Origin: Azolla caroliniana | Taxonomy: Eukaryota; Plantae; Polypodiophyta | Length of the DNA stretch: 64,000 nucleotides | Direction of reading: 5' to 3' | Assembly (NCBI GenBank): GCA_043228905.1 | Contig: JBHGNT010000002.1 | Span: 16,616,001-16,680,000, forward strand | In this document: positions 37,782 to 51,125 of the stretch, piece by piece | Numbering within the stretch: the stretch's first letter is position 1 | Layout: each line of letters begins with the position of its first letter | Program-made: the position numbers and the translations under genes | The notes under the pieces: model-generated | Databases searched by the model: none | Seen by the model: the letters and a program-made list of their open reading frames with translations, nothing else | What the model was told of the DNA's origin: nothing

Positions 37782-40700
37782 CTTCCGTTTGAATAAACGG
37801 ATTTACCGGCATATCTCCCAAATACGGTTTAAGCCGAAATCCATTTACCCATTTTGGTAAAACCTCTCCGGTTAATGATCCTAGTTGGTACGTACCATTT
37901 TTACTATTAATTATCCATACTGGACCTGTCCATCTATACCGGAGTTTCCCAGGCATAAGTCCCATTCTCGTCTGGAATACCAATACCGGTTTCCCAATTT
38001 CGAATTGCTCTTCCGATTTCCTTCGATGTCGATTTACGAATGCCTTGATTTGTCTCTGCTTGTGTTCTAGTGCTGACATTGATTGAATCCGTTCTTCTAA
38101 TACTAATAAAGCCTCTTTGCGTATCTGCTCCGATTCTATTTCATTTAACTTATTCGTTGCTTGGATTCGAAGTGTCGGAATTTGAAATTCAATTGGCATA
38201 ACGGCTTCGAGTCCGAATGCCATTCGGAAAGGTATTGATTTAATGGATGTTTTGTACGAAGTACGATATGCCCATAATGCACTATTTAACTTTTGATCCC
38301 AATCAGTACGATTTTCATTCACTATCTTCTTTAAAATTGTTTGAATTGTTTTATTTGTCGATTCTGCCAATCCATTAGCTTGGGGATAGTAAGGCGTACT
38401 TTTCTTATGAACTACGGCATAGTAATTGGTTAATTCGTTAATTAACTTGTTAATAAAATGAGTGCCTTGATCGCTTACCAATTCTATTGGGCAATCGAAT
38501 CGACACCATATATACTCATACAGGAATTTTGCTGTGGATGCTGCCGTATTGTCCCTGAGAGCTTTTGCTTCAACCCATTTTGTGCAATAGTCAGTCGCAA
38601 TTATGATATATCGATTACCGGTTCTTGCAGCTGCTGGTTTAAATGGGCCAACAAAATCTAAGCCCCATTTCTGAAATGGCTCAAGAGGTAAAACCGGTTG
38701 AAAAGGCATTCGATCCTTTTCGGTTGGTTGCCCCATTCTTTGACACAAATCGCATTTCTTACAGTATTCGTTAGCATCTTTCATCACCGTTGGCCACCAT
38801 AACCCGTTATTCCATATTTTTCTGGCTGTTGCTTCTCCTGCGTAATGACCGCCAGCAATTCCACAATGTGACTCTGTTAATATGGCTGATTTTTCAAATT
38901 TTCGTACTGCCCTTCGCCATATTCCATCCGCTCCTTTATGATACAACATGTCATTAAATAAACAAAAATTCCGACTTCGTACTGCAATTCTTTTTCTTTC
39001 ATCTGTCGACATGTGTTCGGCCGGAATTCCTGTTGATAGAAATATAATCATTTCGGAAATCCATTCATCCTCTTTTTCCTCATTCACTTCATGTGCTTTT
39101 ACTGCCTCCACCCGAAATAATTGAGTATCTGGAAAATCATCTTTAACCCCAACCGCTTCTTCTCCAGACTCAAGCCGACTGAGATAGTCAGCAATCGCGT
39201 GCTGTGCTCCTGGTCGATGTATAATGTCGAATTCAAACTCTTGAAGCAATAACGTCCATCGGGCTAACTTGCCTGTCAATTCTTGTTTGGAAACTAGATA
39301 CAGTAAAGCCGAATGATCCACATGAAATGTAAATTTCTTACCCAAAAGGTAATGTCGAAATTTGTTCACACTATATATCATTCCCAAAGCTTCTCTTTCG
39401 GTTGTTGAATAGTTTCTTTCGGCCGACGAAAGTTTCCTACTGGCATAGTATACCGGCCTATACCAGTTTGGTTCGGATAATTGCATTAAAGCACTGCCTA
39501 TGGCAATGTTCGACGCATCGACGAAAACATGAAATGGTTTGTTCCAGTCCGGTGGTTGAACTACCGGAACCTTCGTCAGCATCTTCTTGAGACATTCGTA
39601 CGCATCTTGTTCTATACTTGTCCATATAAAAGGAACTTTGTGTACTGCTGTGTGTAACGGAATAGCAATGTCTGCTAGATATCTCATCATTCTACTGTGC
39701 CACCGAATTTGACCCAAAAATCTACTTAGAGCTTTAGCATTTGTTGGTGGTGTTGCCTCAATAATTGCTTTAACTTTGTCTGGGTCCACTGCAATCCCTT
39801 CTTGACTGACAATATGCCCAAGTAATGTACCACTCATTACTCCGAATGCGCATTTGGCTGGATTTAAACTAAGACGCCCTTTTCGACATTTTTCTAAACA
39901 TAGCCGTAAATGCTCAAAATGATCAGCTTTCCGACTATATACTGCAAAATCATCTAAAAACACCTGCATGAAAGCTGGAATATATTCCCCGAATATTTCC
40001 TGTATTACCCGCTGAAATGTAGTTGGAGCTGTTTTTAAACCGAACATCATGACTACTGCCACAAAGACACCCCATTCTGTGACGAAAGCTGTCTTTTCCT
40101 GATCTTCCGGATTCATCCGTACTTGGTTGTACCCACTGAACCCATCCAAGAAACTATAAATTTCATGTCCCGCTACTGCATCTAATATCCCATCTGTGAA
40201 TGGCAACGGAAACGCATCCGTAATTGTCGCTGCATTCAATTTTCTGTAATCCACACATACACGAATTTTCCCATTCTTTTTCGGGACTACTACTATCGGA
40301 CTCAGCCATGTTGATTTTTTGACGGGTCGAATAAATCCTACTTTTAAGAGTTTATCGATTTCTTCTTTTACTTTGATAGCATAATTCGGATTCAACCTGT
40401 ACCTGCGTTGTTGTACTGGCTTTGCATCTTTATGCAAATTGATTTGATGTTGACAAAAAGCGGGATCCAGACCTTTCATATCGTCAAAGGACCATGCAAA
40501 AACATCTTTATATTGTAATAGTAATGTTGTTAATGTCCGTTTGTCATTTACCGTCAAATCTCTAGCAATCAAGATTGTTTTTCTTTCAGCATCCTCTACT
40601 CCTGCCAAATCGATCTCCTCCAATGCTGAGGCTTGCACTCTCTGAGATACCTGCAATTCCTTATCTGTAGCTTCTTGTTGCATTCGTATTTCTTTCATTG

Positions 40701-43266
40701 TTTGCTCATCGATTGGCACTTCTTCGTGTGAGTCTACATATGGTGTTAATGCTTGCAAAATATCTACCTCAAATAGAGGGATGATTTTTTGATTATCATC
40801 AAAATACTGACTTTCTTCTTCCTCGTCCAATCCTTCCATCATATTAACTGCTTCTGCATATACAGGTAAACTCTGTTTGCTTGTTGTCACTTTATTGTGC
40901 GTCGGAATCCTGACCTTGTTTTTTCCTTTTCTAAATGTTAGCACATTTTGTTTCCAATTTTGTTTAATATTAGCTGTCTTTAACCATGGTCTCCCCAATA
41001 ACAAGGGGTATGCTCCCTGTGTTTCTAACTGCAAAATTACTGCCGAAATCTGAAAACTGTGTCCCCCGATTATTACATCCAGTTGTCGAAGCAAACCAAT
41101 CGGTCGTACCGTACTTGTATCTGCCATTCGTAACCAAAACGGACATGCTTCCCATTCCGTGATTCCCAGTTCTTCACATGTAGTTTTGTTAATCACATTA
41201 ACACCCGAGCCTCCATCTATAATCACATTTCCGATTTCTTGCCCGTAAAGTATTACCTTAATCGACGGATTCTGTTCATCCATGATCGAAGGGTTATTAC
41301 TTGGCTGATTGTAGTGTACTGCTATTTGTTCGGAACCTTTATATGCAATTAATGCTGCCACTTTTTCTGTAAACCTTGGTACTAACTTAAGTAAGCCCTT
41401 AAGTGGTAATGACACTTGGCAATCAGCCAACAGTTTCCAAGTTTCTTCCTGTTCCTTATTCTCCAATGACTGTTGTACAGCGATGTCCTGGTCAATGTTA
41501 TTGTCTTGTAACATTCGATTCACATTACTTTGATTTGCTTCATCCACCCATTCCTTTGCCGCCTTCCGAACTTCTTCCTGAATTTCCCACTCTGATTGTT
41601 TGCTTTTGCTGCGTGTCGTTACTTGCTGAACTTCCGGTATTACCATATTAACTGCTGGACCCTTTCCTTTAACCGGACATTGATTAGCATAATGGCCTAG
41701 TTGTCGACAAATGTAACAAGTGGGCACAAATGTTGCACTGGTCTCTCCATGTGCAAATTGCCCGTTATTAAATTGCTGCTCTTCATTACCATTCGGGTTT
41801 TGTTGGTATTGACGTGTAGCTTTTGGTTTGTAAAATCTCTTGTTTTTATACCTATTCGGCCTAAATTGTTCAGTATTATCATTTGGTTGTGCTATATTGT
41901 GTGGTATCCCGAACTCCTGATTTGGCGGAAAATTACTCTGTTGAAACATTTGATTATTTTGTGGAACGGTTTGAGTATTATGTTGAAAAGTCATATTACC
42001 CGGTTGAAATGCCGGATTTGGTTGAAATGTAGAATTCGGTTGCACATTCGGACAGTTCTGTTGAAACCCTTGAAATGGTGGATTACCTTGTTGGAAACTT
42101 TGATTATTTTGTTGAAAATATTGATTCGGATTCTGTACGAATGGTGGGTTGGATTGAGCAAAACCTGGTTGAAATGCTTGAGTCCCTTGAGTGGGTTGCA
42201 TATTTTGTTGTGAAAAGATCTGATTTGGCTGTAGAACCGGGTTCTGTTGTACATTTTGCTGATTTTGTGAAAAATTATTATTTTGATAACCATTGAACAG
42301 ATTAGTGTTATTTTGGTAACCATTGTCAGCAAAAATTTGTCGTACTGACGCCGTAGTCTTATTAAGCAGATTATATTCACATTGTTCTACGGAATGTAAT
42401 TTTGAATGACATATTGTACAATGTGTTCTTAACGTACAGTCAATTGCCGAATGCCCCGTATTTAAACAAGTGGTGCATTGAACTGCTTGTCGAAATTGTA
42501 ACTCCTCCATTGTTGGTAATGTACGGTGTAATGCCGACATGTCCATACTCTGAACATTGACCGGTGGTCGACCCATTTCTATTGCTTTATCAATGACTTG
42601 TTCGATAGTCTGATTTCGAAAATCGAACACTTTCAATGTCGTCCTTAATGGTTCTTTTACAGCTTCTAGAAAGTCTTCTTTTAATTCCTTATCCGGAATC
42701 GGTCTTGAAATCTGAAGCTGTAAGTTCTGAAATCGTATCACAAACTGAGATACTGTTTCATTTTTTTCTTGATATAACGCATAAAATTGCGCAATCAAAT
42801 CCTTCTGCGGAATTTGTTGATGAAATAATTGTAAAAATTTACTAGTTAATACTTCAAAGGATGGAAATCCTTGAAGACCGTTCTGCGCAAACCAATTAGC
42901 GGAATATCCGTCTAATGATAAGACAAACTCAGCGATTTTTGACTTATCTTCGGCATCTGCCGACAATCGCTGAGCTCCATGGTTAATCTCCCATGTCGTT
43001 AAGAAATCCCTAACATGTGCTTCCGCATCTGTTCCTTCCCGGAACTTAGAATAAGTATAAGGCATATCGTCCCAAATGTCGTAAAACGATACCTCTTCCG
43101 TCTGTTTTTCGTCTGAAGGTAATTGATCGGATAAGTCAGGAAGTTTCGACCACTTTGTGCTTGATTCCGGCTGTTCTTGCGTAATGAACGCTTGCTGCAC
43201 TACCTTCGTAACTGACCTTGTACGAGGGCGCTTACAACTGACCGGTGCCTCCTCTTCATACGACAT
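37777..43266 (-). CDS. gag-pol: Gag-Pol polyprotein, 1829 aa (Gag, 3 CCHC, PR, RT, RH, IN)
   Basis: IIDGGSGVN, LLGRPW, FLDD, VDAS/TEREALG, H-H-C-C zinc finger, WGLDF, SDQG, YPQANGLAE; no chromodomain. Confidence 0.97.
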
Positions 43267-43301
43267 CCATTCGAATTGTTCTCTGCTTAATTGCAGATGT
43301 A

Positions 43302-43314
43302 ACCGGGCGTGCCA
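43302..43314 (-). promoter_or_regulatory. PBS, tRNA-Arg(UCU)-type (TGGCACGCCCGGT), 11 nt from 5' LTR
   Basis: Matches my recollection of the complement of the plant tRNA-Arg(UCU) 3' end ...CCCACCGGGCGUGCCA. Confidence 0.75.
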
Positions 43315-43325
43315 AAATTCTTCTG

Positions 43326-43782
43326 TGTTAATCGGCTAATTACTAACTATTACCGATACAGAAGAGTGAACGTCGCTACTCAACGTTCTAACAAGGAATT
43401 GTGTTTTACGAACGGAATTATGCTATATTAATCGGTAATTACCGTGATCGTTACTTAGTTATAAATTAGGAAGCTTGCACTTAAGATCATAGACAACAGA
43501 GAAACACAGAATCCGTACAAGATATTCCTAACTTAAACTTATATTACTAAATAAAACGACGTTTCTTACAATGCCTTTGGTTCCCTTTTATAGGTATACC
43601 GAAGGTCTTTTCTCATCAAGAACTATTCCTACTCCCTAACAAGATTTACAAAATTATCTAACTAACTTAGTTCTCTTCGTTTTACTGCTGAGTCATTGAT
43701 CCGAACAGTCGATCCGAACCGACTCTGTTTTCGACGCTTTCCCACCTGTTCGGTAAAACTGACTGTCCGGGTCCGGGTAACA
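43326..43782 (-). repeat. 5' LTR of intact gypsy
   Basis: Same sequence as 34424-34880. Confidence 0.97.
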
Positions 43783-43826
43783 ATGACCCTATATAAAGGG
43801 CATGGAAAACATGTAAAAAATCTAAT

Positions 43827-44024
43827 TGTAAAAGTATACATTTGCGGAAGCGTGTGCGAAAGACACTGAGTATACGGTCAGTGTTCGGAACACGATAGTT
43901 AGGTATACAGAGAGAATGGTGAGCGAGAGAGAGAGAAAGAGAGAGCAGACAACTACTTTCTATTTTGAATAAAAACACTCTGTACATACATTGGGCTCAA
44001 TGAACACTTTTTATACAAGCCCTG
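43827..44024 (-). repeat. Copia-A LTR fragment
   Basis: Similar to the 45400 LTR (TGCGGAAGC, CTGTACATA, TTTTATACAAG). Confidence 0.6.
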
Positions 44025-45399
44025 ACGGCTTCGTGAGATGCAGACGAAGAACATTGTTTTCACCTTGCCGAAATTTCGAGGCCGAAATGGCCAAGTATGC
44101 AAAGGCTGTCAGATGGGAAAACAATGCCGACTTCCATTCCCCAACGAGCGTAATCGTAGTTGAAATCCACTCGATTTAATCCATTTGGATGTGTGACGAC
44201 CGGCACATAACGTGAGTCTTGGTGGAAGCCCTTACTTCGTAACCTTCATCGACGACTTCACTCGGCACACATGGGCATTCACAATCGCGAAGAAGAGCCT
44301 TGTGGAAAGGGAAACGGGGCGTAAGATCAAATGCCTACGATCCGATGGCGGGAAGGAGTACTTCTCCGACCAGTTCACAAGTTATCTACAGAAGGAGGGA
44401 ATTCGGCGTGAGTTCTCGTGTAGATATACGCTGGAGCAGAATGGCATAGCCGAAAGGAAGAATCGGACGATTGAAGAAGCGGCCAGGGCAATGCCTGAAG
44501 AGAAACATATGCCAAAATTCTATTGGGCAGAAGCCGTAAAGATCATTGTCTACTTGCAGAATCGGACTTCTGCTAATGAAGAAGTGTCGCCACAAGAGTT
44601 GTATCTCAGAAAGAAGCCGAACATGGCACACTTAAGGATTTTCGGCAGCATCGCGTATGTGCACGTGCCGAAGGAGAAAAGGAGGAAGCTAGATGCCAAA
44701 GTCGAGAAATGTATCTTGGTCGGCTATTCAGACGAGCAGAAGGGGTATAAGTGTTACAACCCCCGAACAAAGGATGTACGTGTAAGCCGAGATGTCGTGT
44801 TAGATGAGTCCGCTTCGTGGTACTTGCCTTCACCTCCAACTCCTCATGACGCCATTCCAAATTCTGACGACGACATTAGCGAGGTTGAAATGCCTCTGCA
44901 CGATGAAGAACTCGGAGCTATGAGAGAGAGTCCGATCTCATTTCGGCTAAGCGGGCGGAATGAGGGGTTGGGCCGAGATGACCAACCAAATGATGAGACG
45001 GTGAGTAGTGGAGACTCGGCCGTGATGTCCCTACATAAAGAACCAAGGAGATGGTTTACTCGCAAGGCAAAGGGGAAGAAGAAGACGCCGGAATATGATT
45101 TCGGTAGTGCCGAGTCAGTTCGAAGCGAATCTGACCTCGAGCCGGTCGAGAAGGAACCTCCACGGAAGAGGTCGAAATCGGCCGAAAAGGTCACGAAATC
45201 GGGTAATCACAAATTACGCCGATCTACCCGCCAAAAGAACCCCATAAAGAGGTATGGGTATAATGAGTACATGGCGCACCATTACGTGTAAATGACGCGA
45301 GTGGCGGAAGTGTGTGAGCCGAAAAGCTACGGAGAAGCGGCGAAAGACGTGAACTGGCATGCCGCAATGGAGGAAGAGATGCGTGCATTATCGGAGAAT

Positions 45400-48300
45400 T
45401 GTAAAAAGAAACGTGCGGAAGCAAGTATAAAGACCGAACAGAAGAGAGGGAACTCAGGTTTAATGGAGAGCTTGGGCTTACGCAGTATACGCGGGAGAGA
45501 CAGAGAGAGAAACACAAAAAAAACTATATTCAACAATAGTACTCAGTCTGTACATAAGACGTGCTCAGTGAGCACTTTTATACAAGTCCTAGAAGGACTG
45601 ACCGAAGTACTGACAGTACTTCAATGCTCATCAAGAGCTCCTACACTAACTCCCAAATATATTCCTCACGGAATATCTTTCCTAACGACCTCCCGGTTTA
45701 TGCACTCGGCCTAACCGATCGGTCCCAACCGATCCGGTCCTCGGCTTCTTCAGCCGATCCGGTCGATGTTGAGCTTCTCTCTCAACACTCCCCCTCAAGC
45801 TCAACTTGAGGCTCTTCGGGATCTTCACAACACCAGTTCCTCCTGGCTTCTCGCCTCGCTCGCGCTCCTCGACCTGTTCGACTCCGCGCGCTTCGACCCT
45901 TCCGGTCGGCTTGTCTGCTCATGTGGCCCTCATCAGCTCTTCTATTGTTGCGGTGTTGACGTTTCTTCTGCTGGTTTTTCTTCCGCTTGGGCCTCGGTTG
46001 ACTCAACGTGTCTGAATCAAACATCCGAATCAACTCGGCTTCCTCCGATCGGTTTTCACTCTCGTCCGAGTTGGCTGTCTCCAACTCGTCTTCGGTCTTC
46101 TCGCCCTCGATGGCGTCATCCTCCTCATGCGTGGTTGGCTTCGGCTCTCTCCTTCGGTTGCTCCCCTTCTGTCTGCTTCCGAACTTTTCCGCGGGTCCGC
46201 CCTCAGCTTCTTCAGCCGATCTGAAATCACCCTCGGCTTCTTTAGCCCATCCGGCTTCAACCGAGTCAACAACCGAGTCAACCGACTCGGTGTCATGGTC
46301 ACCGCTCCTTTCCTGCTGCCTTGCTTGGTCATTCTGGACTGTTCTCCCCCTCAAGTTCGGCACGTCAAGGTGACGCAAATCGAGCGCACCTGAGAATTGC
46401 CACAACTTGTCCAGACCAAGAGGCTTGGTGAAGATGTTGGTAGTCTGCCGATCCGTCGGAACGTACTGAAGTTCGACTTCACCGAAAAGGACACGCTCAC
46501 GGACGAAATGGTAGTGCACCTCAATGTGCTTGGTCCGTGCGTGGAAGACGGGGTTCTTCGCGAGTTGGATGCTGCTGAGGTTGTCGCAGTAGATCGTCGT
46601 CAGATCTGACACTTCCTCTTGCAGGTCCTTAAGTAGCCGCTTCAACCATATGGCTTCACATGTCGCGACAGCCGCTCCTCGGTACTCAGCTTCGGTGCTC
46701 GACAGTGCAACTGTCGGTTGCTTCTTACTACTCCACGCTATCGCGACACTCCCGAGCGAGAACGCGTATCCAGACATGGATCGGCGATCGGCTAACTGCA
46801 CGGCTGCACCGGTCCGATATAGCAGTCCTCGGTCCTTAGTGCCACTTACGTACCGCAGTACGCGTTGCACACACTGAAGGTGCTCCTCGGTAGGTCGCGC
46901 CATGAACTGACTGATCACTCCGACCGGATAACTGAGGTCGGGTCGGGTGATGGTCAAGTATATGAGGCTTCCGACAATTTGACGGAACCTCGTCGGGTCG
47001 CATACCTTTCCCGTATCGGGACGAAGCTTCACGGTTCTATCTAGAGAAGTCGAGACGGACTTACAGTCGGCCATCCCGAATTTGAAGAGCGTACTCAGCA
47101 CGTAGTGACGTTGGCTGATCAATATGCCTTCGGGGGTACGGATCACTTCGATCCCGAGGAAGTAATGAAGGTCCCCCAGATCCTTCATGTCGAACGATGC
47201 CGCAAGCTGAAGCTTCACGCGGTCGATTTCACCTAGGTCGGCGTCGGTGATGACCAAGTCATCAACATACAGTAAAATACTAACCAGTCCGAGTCGACCT
47301 TTCCGGATGAACAGGGAAGAGCCCAATTTTGACATGACGAAGCCCATCCGACGCAGTTGTTGCATGATCTTCGCGTTCCAGGCACGCGGGGCTTGCTTCA
47401 GTCCGTATAGGGACTTCTTCAGTCGGCACACTGCCGAGGAGTTCGTTCCGGAGTGAAATCCGGGGGGCTGTACCATGTACACCTGTTCCTCAAGGTCACC
47501 TTGCAGGAACGCATTCTTTACATCCATCTGATGTAAGTGCCACCCCTTCGCCGCACCTACTGCGAGCAAAACACGGACAGTCGTCATTTTCGCGACAGGC
47601 GCAAACATCTCATCGTAGTCAATGCCGTGTTTCTGCGCGTAGCCCTTTGCCACCAGCCGAGCCTTGTACTGGTTGACCGAGCCATCGGTGTTGTACTTGA
47701 CCTTGTACACCCATCTACACCCGATCGGCTTCACACCCTTTGGTGCGTCAACCAGGTCCCAGGTCTCGTTCTCCGCCAATGCGTGTATCTCTTCCTCCAT
47801 CGCAACACGCCAATTTGCGTCTGTAGCCACTTCTGCGTAGCTCTCCGGCTCACACACTTCCGCTACACGGGTCATGTACGCATAATGATGCGCAATGTAC
47901 TCTTTGTATCCGAACCGCACAACTGGGTTCTTTTGGCGGGTAGATCGGCGTAATCTCACATTAGCCGATGTCGAGGCCTTCTCGGTCGACGCGGTCTTCA
48001 TCTTTAAAGACCCGTCACCGGTTCCCTCGGAGTCGGACTCGCGTCGGTTTGACTCGATCCTTTCCGTGCCGGAAACCGACACCTTCTTCTTCCCTTTCTC
48101 TTTGCGCATAAGCCGTCTCCTTGGCTTCTTGCACGGGGAATGCACGGCCGAGTCTCCACTACTCGCCGGCTCTTCATCGGACTGGTCATACCGACTCAGT
48201 CATCCAATCAGTCCACTTAACCGGAGTGAAATCGGACTCTCTTCGCGGGTCTCGATTTCGGGCTCATCCGGAGGCATCTCGGCCTTGCTGACCTCATCGT

Positions 48301-51125
48301 CAGAGCTCGGATTGGAGTTGAGGTTTGTAGTCGGGGGCAGGTACCAGGACGCGGACTCGTCAAACACAACGTCGCGGCTGACACGCGCTTGTTTGGTGCG
48401 AGGGTTATAGCACTTATAACCCTTCTGCTCGTCCGAGTAACCGACCAAGATGCACTTCTCGGCCTTTGCGTCCAGCTTCCTCCTTTTCTCCTTCGGTACA
48501 TGCACATACGCAATGCTACCGAACACCCTCAAGTGTCGCAAGTTCACGTCTAGCTTCCTCCTTTTCTCCTTCGGTACATGCACATACGCAATGCTACCGA
48601 ACACCCTCAAGTGTCGCAAGTTCGGCTTCGTTCCGAAATATAGCTCGTGGGCCGACACTTTGTTTCCAATCCGGTTCGGGATGTATACCGCGGTCCTTAC
48701 CGCCTCGGCCCAGTAGAACTTGGGCAAGCTCTTCTCCTCCAGCATTGCCCGTGCTGCTTCCACAACTGACCGATTCTTCCTCTCGGCCACGCCGTTCTGC
48801 TCTAGCGTGTATCTACAACTGAATTCGCGCCGAATTCCCATTTGTTGTAGATAACCGTTGAATTGACCGGAAAAGTACTCTTTCCCGCCATCCGACCGCA
48901 AGCACTTGATCTTTCGTCCCGTTTCGGCTTCCACGAACCCTTTGAGGTCCCGGAAACAATTGAAGACTTCGCTCTTCCTCTCAATGAGGTAGATCCATGT
49001 GTGCCGCGTGTGGTCGTCGATGAAATATCGGCTCCCGCCAAGACTAACGTTTTGTATCGGCCCCCATACATCGGAGTGTATAAGGTCGAGCTTATTCCGG
49101 CTCCGATTTCGCTCGTTGGGGAAGGGAAGTTGGTGTTGCTTCCTGAGCTGGCAGGCTTCACAAAGTTGTGCCTTTCGGCCACTAAATTTGGGCAATCCGA
49201 ACACTACCTGTTTCGTTTGCAGATCTTGAAGCCGTTGGTGGTTGACGTGGCCTATCCGCTTGTGCCACAAGTCGATGTCCAACTCGGTCTTTTGTCCCTT
49301 TGCGAACATTGCGGTGCCGCCGTCAGTGGAGTCGAGGATGAACATCCTCCCATCTCTGCGCCCTTGCGCAATCACACGGCCTTCTTCCTCAATGAAGCAC
49401 CCGCGGTGTGTAAACCAAACCTCCATCCCTTGGTCGACGATCTGTCCGACCGAGACCAAGTTTTTCGTGATTGTCGGAACGTGCAACACATTCATGAGTT
49501 TCCCTTTCTGCCCGACATGGCTAAGGAGAACTTCTCCGACATTCGCGATCGGATGCGGAGTGTCGTCTCCAGTTGCGACTACTCCAGGTTGTATTGGTTT
49601 TTCCAGGTACGAGAACCACTCCTTATGGCTCGTCATGTGGTTTGACGCGCCGGAGTCTACGTACCACACCTCCTCCGATCTCGGGGTGCTCTGTTTCATT
49701 GAGTTTGCTTCGTGTCTCGTCACGAAGATAGACCCTTCTCCAGCTCTCCCGAAGTCTTTGGCGTAGTGCGATCGCTACCGATTTCCCTTGTCGGTATGTC
49801 TGGAGCCATTTCTCTCCGAATCGGCGCGCTTCTTCCAGCACTCACTTTCCTTGTGGCCTTTCTTGCCATAGTACCAGCACTCCGCGATGGCCTTCCCTTG
49901 ACGGTACTCATCGCTTCGACTCCCCCTGTTTCCGGTGGGTCCGGAGTTGCTGTCGGCATCACTTCGGTGCCTTCTTCCTTGATCACGTCGGCCGCCTTCA
50001 TTGTGTGCCGACTCGCCTCGTCTGCCACGAGCACAGGGCCTATCTCCCTCCTTGTACAACATTCTGCTGTCGGTGTGCGTGCTTGTCGACGCACCTGCGT
50101 GGTTCTCCTCTACCAGGAGCATCGACTGTAAGTCGAAAAAGGACGGTGTATTCTCCCGGGTACACACAGCCGTTCGGAACGCTCTGAACTTCAACGCAAA
50201 ACCTCCGAGACAGATCTGGACCATCTCGCTCTCCTCGATGTTCACCTCTATGGAGGCGAGGGAGTCGCAGATATCCTTGATCTTCGAGGTATAGTCCGCC
50301 ACCGACAAGTCGCGTTGTCGTAGGTTGCTCAACTCCTGTTGGAGCTGAAGCTTCCTGGCTATGGTGCTCGCGGCGAAAATCTTCTTCAGATTTTCCCACG
50401 CACCCTTCGGCGTCTTTGCATCCCGAACATAGCTCAATAGTTGTTCGCCCACACACGACACGAAGCAGTACAATACCCTGCTCGCCGATTGCTCTCACGA
50501 CGGGAAGTCTCTGTGTGTCAATTCGGGTGCCGCGTCATTAGCTCCTTCGACATAACTCCAGTAGCTGTGCCCGAGCAGGTACTGGTGCATCTTGTAGGAC
50601 CAAGACGCGTAGTTGGTTTTGTCGAGCTTCTCTGTTCAAAGCGAGCTCGCCATGCCTCTATCCATCGTTCTTCTTGTTCTTCTTCGTCAAGCTGTGTCGG
50701 CTGCAGAGAGGTTCTCAACCCTCGCGCTCTGATACCATGTAAAAAGAAACGTGCGGAAGCAAGTATGAAAACCGAACAGAAGAGAGGGAACTCAGGTTTA
50801 ATGGAGAGCTTGGACTTACGTAGTATACGCGGGAGAGACAGAGAGAGAAACACAAAAAAAACTATATTCAACAATAGTACTCAGTCTGTACATAAGACGT
50901 GCTCAGTGAGCATTGTTATACAAGTCCTAGAAGGACTGACCGAAGTACTGACAGTACTTCAATGCTCATCAAGAGCTCCTACACTACCTCCCAAATATAT
51001 TCCTCACGGAATATCTTTCCTAACGACCTCCCGGTTTATGCACTCGGCCTAACCGATCGGTCCCAACCGATCCGGTCCTCGGCTTCTTCAGCCGATCCGG
51101 CCGATGTTGAGCTTGTCTCTCAACA
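45400..51125 (-). mobile_element. Complete copia-A element, 5726 bp, TSD AGAAT
   Basis: 388-bp LTRs 45400-45787 and 50738-51125 (about 9 substitutions counted by eye); PBS TGGTATCAGAGC 50726-50737; PPT GAGGGGGAG. Confidence 0.97.
45782..50665 (-). pseudogene. gag-pol: Copia gag-pol with a few frameshifts/stops and a 78-bp tandem duplication
   Basis: ORFs 49775-50473 (gag), 48200-49723 (PR-IN), 45782-48145 (RT-RH-tail). Confidence 0.92.

Larger units (their letters stand above)
34424..43782 (-). mobile_element. Intact young non-chromovirus Ty3/gypsy (Athila/OTA-like or related) with extra 3' ORF; TSD ATGAC
   Basis: 457-bp LTRs 34424-34880 and 43326-43782 with no difference found by eye; ATGAC at 34419-34423 and 43783-43787; uninterrupted gag-pol. 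Confidence 0.97.
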
